Under the pieces are notes generated by a model. It was not told where the DNA came from. It was given only the letters and a program-made list of their open reading frames with translations, and did not search any database. 64,000 nucleotides of DNA, taken from contig NW_026865446.1 of assembly GCF_026571515.1 (NCBI RefSeq), positions 186,001-250,000 on the forward strand, given 5' to 3'. Source of the DNA: Ruditapes philippinarum. Its lineage: Eukaryota. The position numbers were made by a program, and so were the translations under genes. Positions 63,247-64,000 of the stretch are shown piece by piece. Numbering within the stretch: the first letter of the stretch is position 1; every line of letters starts with the position of its first letter.

Positions 63247-63793
63247 TAACTGAACTGCTTGACTATAGTAATATGATAACAGTTTTACACCGTAATAATG
63301 AACCTGACAGGTGCGTCACTCTATCGTTATCCTAACTGAGCAGAATTTATAATCTGAATTCATATTGTTTTGCTTTATGATTTTTATATCACTTTTTTTA
63401 CTTCCATTATGTAAATTCGGTATGAATGGATGTGAATATTCAGTTTAACTTTATATATTATTTTGTATAAATATACATAATAAGTTCAATCAGTTAGTGA
63501 TGGTAGTCTTTTTCATATTTAAGGCAGATTTATTTTTTTATAATTTATCAACTCTTAGACAGTTAACATAATAACAGTTTATAAACAATTCAGCACAACT
63601 TGACAATGAAAATATGAGCATAATATAACTATGAGATTTTTTAAAGCATTGACTACAAAATGAATAAAATTTGGTACCAGGCGAATATGAATAATCATAA
63701 GGCATGAAATTATCATGGATGCATACATTGTAGATATTTAAGAATCGATTAGATTTAAACAACTTCACGAATTGTAAAAGAAAATGAAATATA

Positions 63794-64000
63794 AACAAGA
63801 GGCCCATGATGGCTTGAAATCGCTCACCTGAATATAAAAAACTCTCCATGAACAAGAATTATATTAACTCAGGGCTTTTATTTGAACAAACTTGGCAAAC
63901 ACCTTTTAGAATATGTTTCATGCTAAATATCTAAGCTCTAGTTCTTTGGGTGCTTTAAAGAAGTTTTAAAGATTTCACTATATACATAAAGGGAAAATCA
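63794..64000. mobile_element. Start of a bivalve-type non-autonomous Helentron-associated element with BIV160-like internal repeat; runs off the window
   Basis: The terminus aacaagaggcccatgatggc...atcgctcacctga and the following tttgaacaaacttgg...catgctaaatatctaagctctag match these elements as I remember them; not database-checked. Confidence 0.55.

Overview
AT-rich, intron-rich eukaryotic DNA. The repeat families suggest a bivalve mollusc, probably a venerid clam (inference). There are three N gaps. Manual splicing of GT-AG exons gives eight genes or gene remnants, all encoding small secreted or cell-surface proteins. On the + strand are a 3-exon GPI-type Ly6/uPAR (quiver/sleepless-like) gene (2314-6833) and a 4-exon stand-alone UMOD/GP2/OIT3-type D8C-domain gene (13014-15681). 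On the - strand is a tandem array of six related genes built from phase-1 modules: two stalk + GPI-like-tail genes (one lacking a clear first exon, one frameshifted), two signal-CysD(WxxW-like)-stalk-GPI-like genes, and two signal-CysD-ZP genes whose ZP module stops with no furin site, external hydrophobic patch or anchor. The two ZP genes are a 7.7-9.4 kb tandem duplication with near-identical ZP-C regions and strongly diverged CysD exons. Mobile DNA includes tRNA-derived SINEs, TTAA MITEs, long-palindrome elements, a Helentron-type non-autonomous element, and a miniature LTR retrotransposon whose LTRs each contain a tRNA-Lys-like Pol III module, nested inside a MITE. All translations and comparisons were done by eye; no database search was run.
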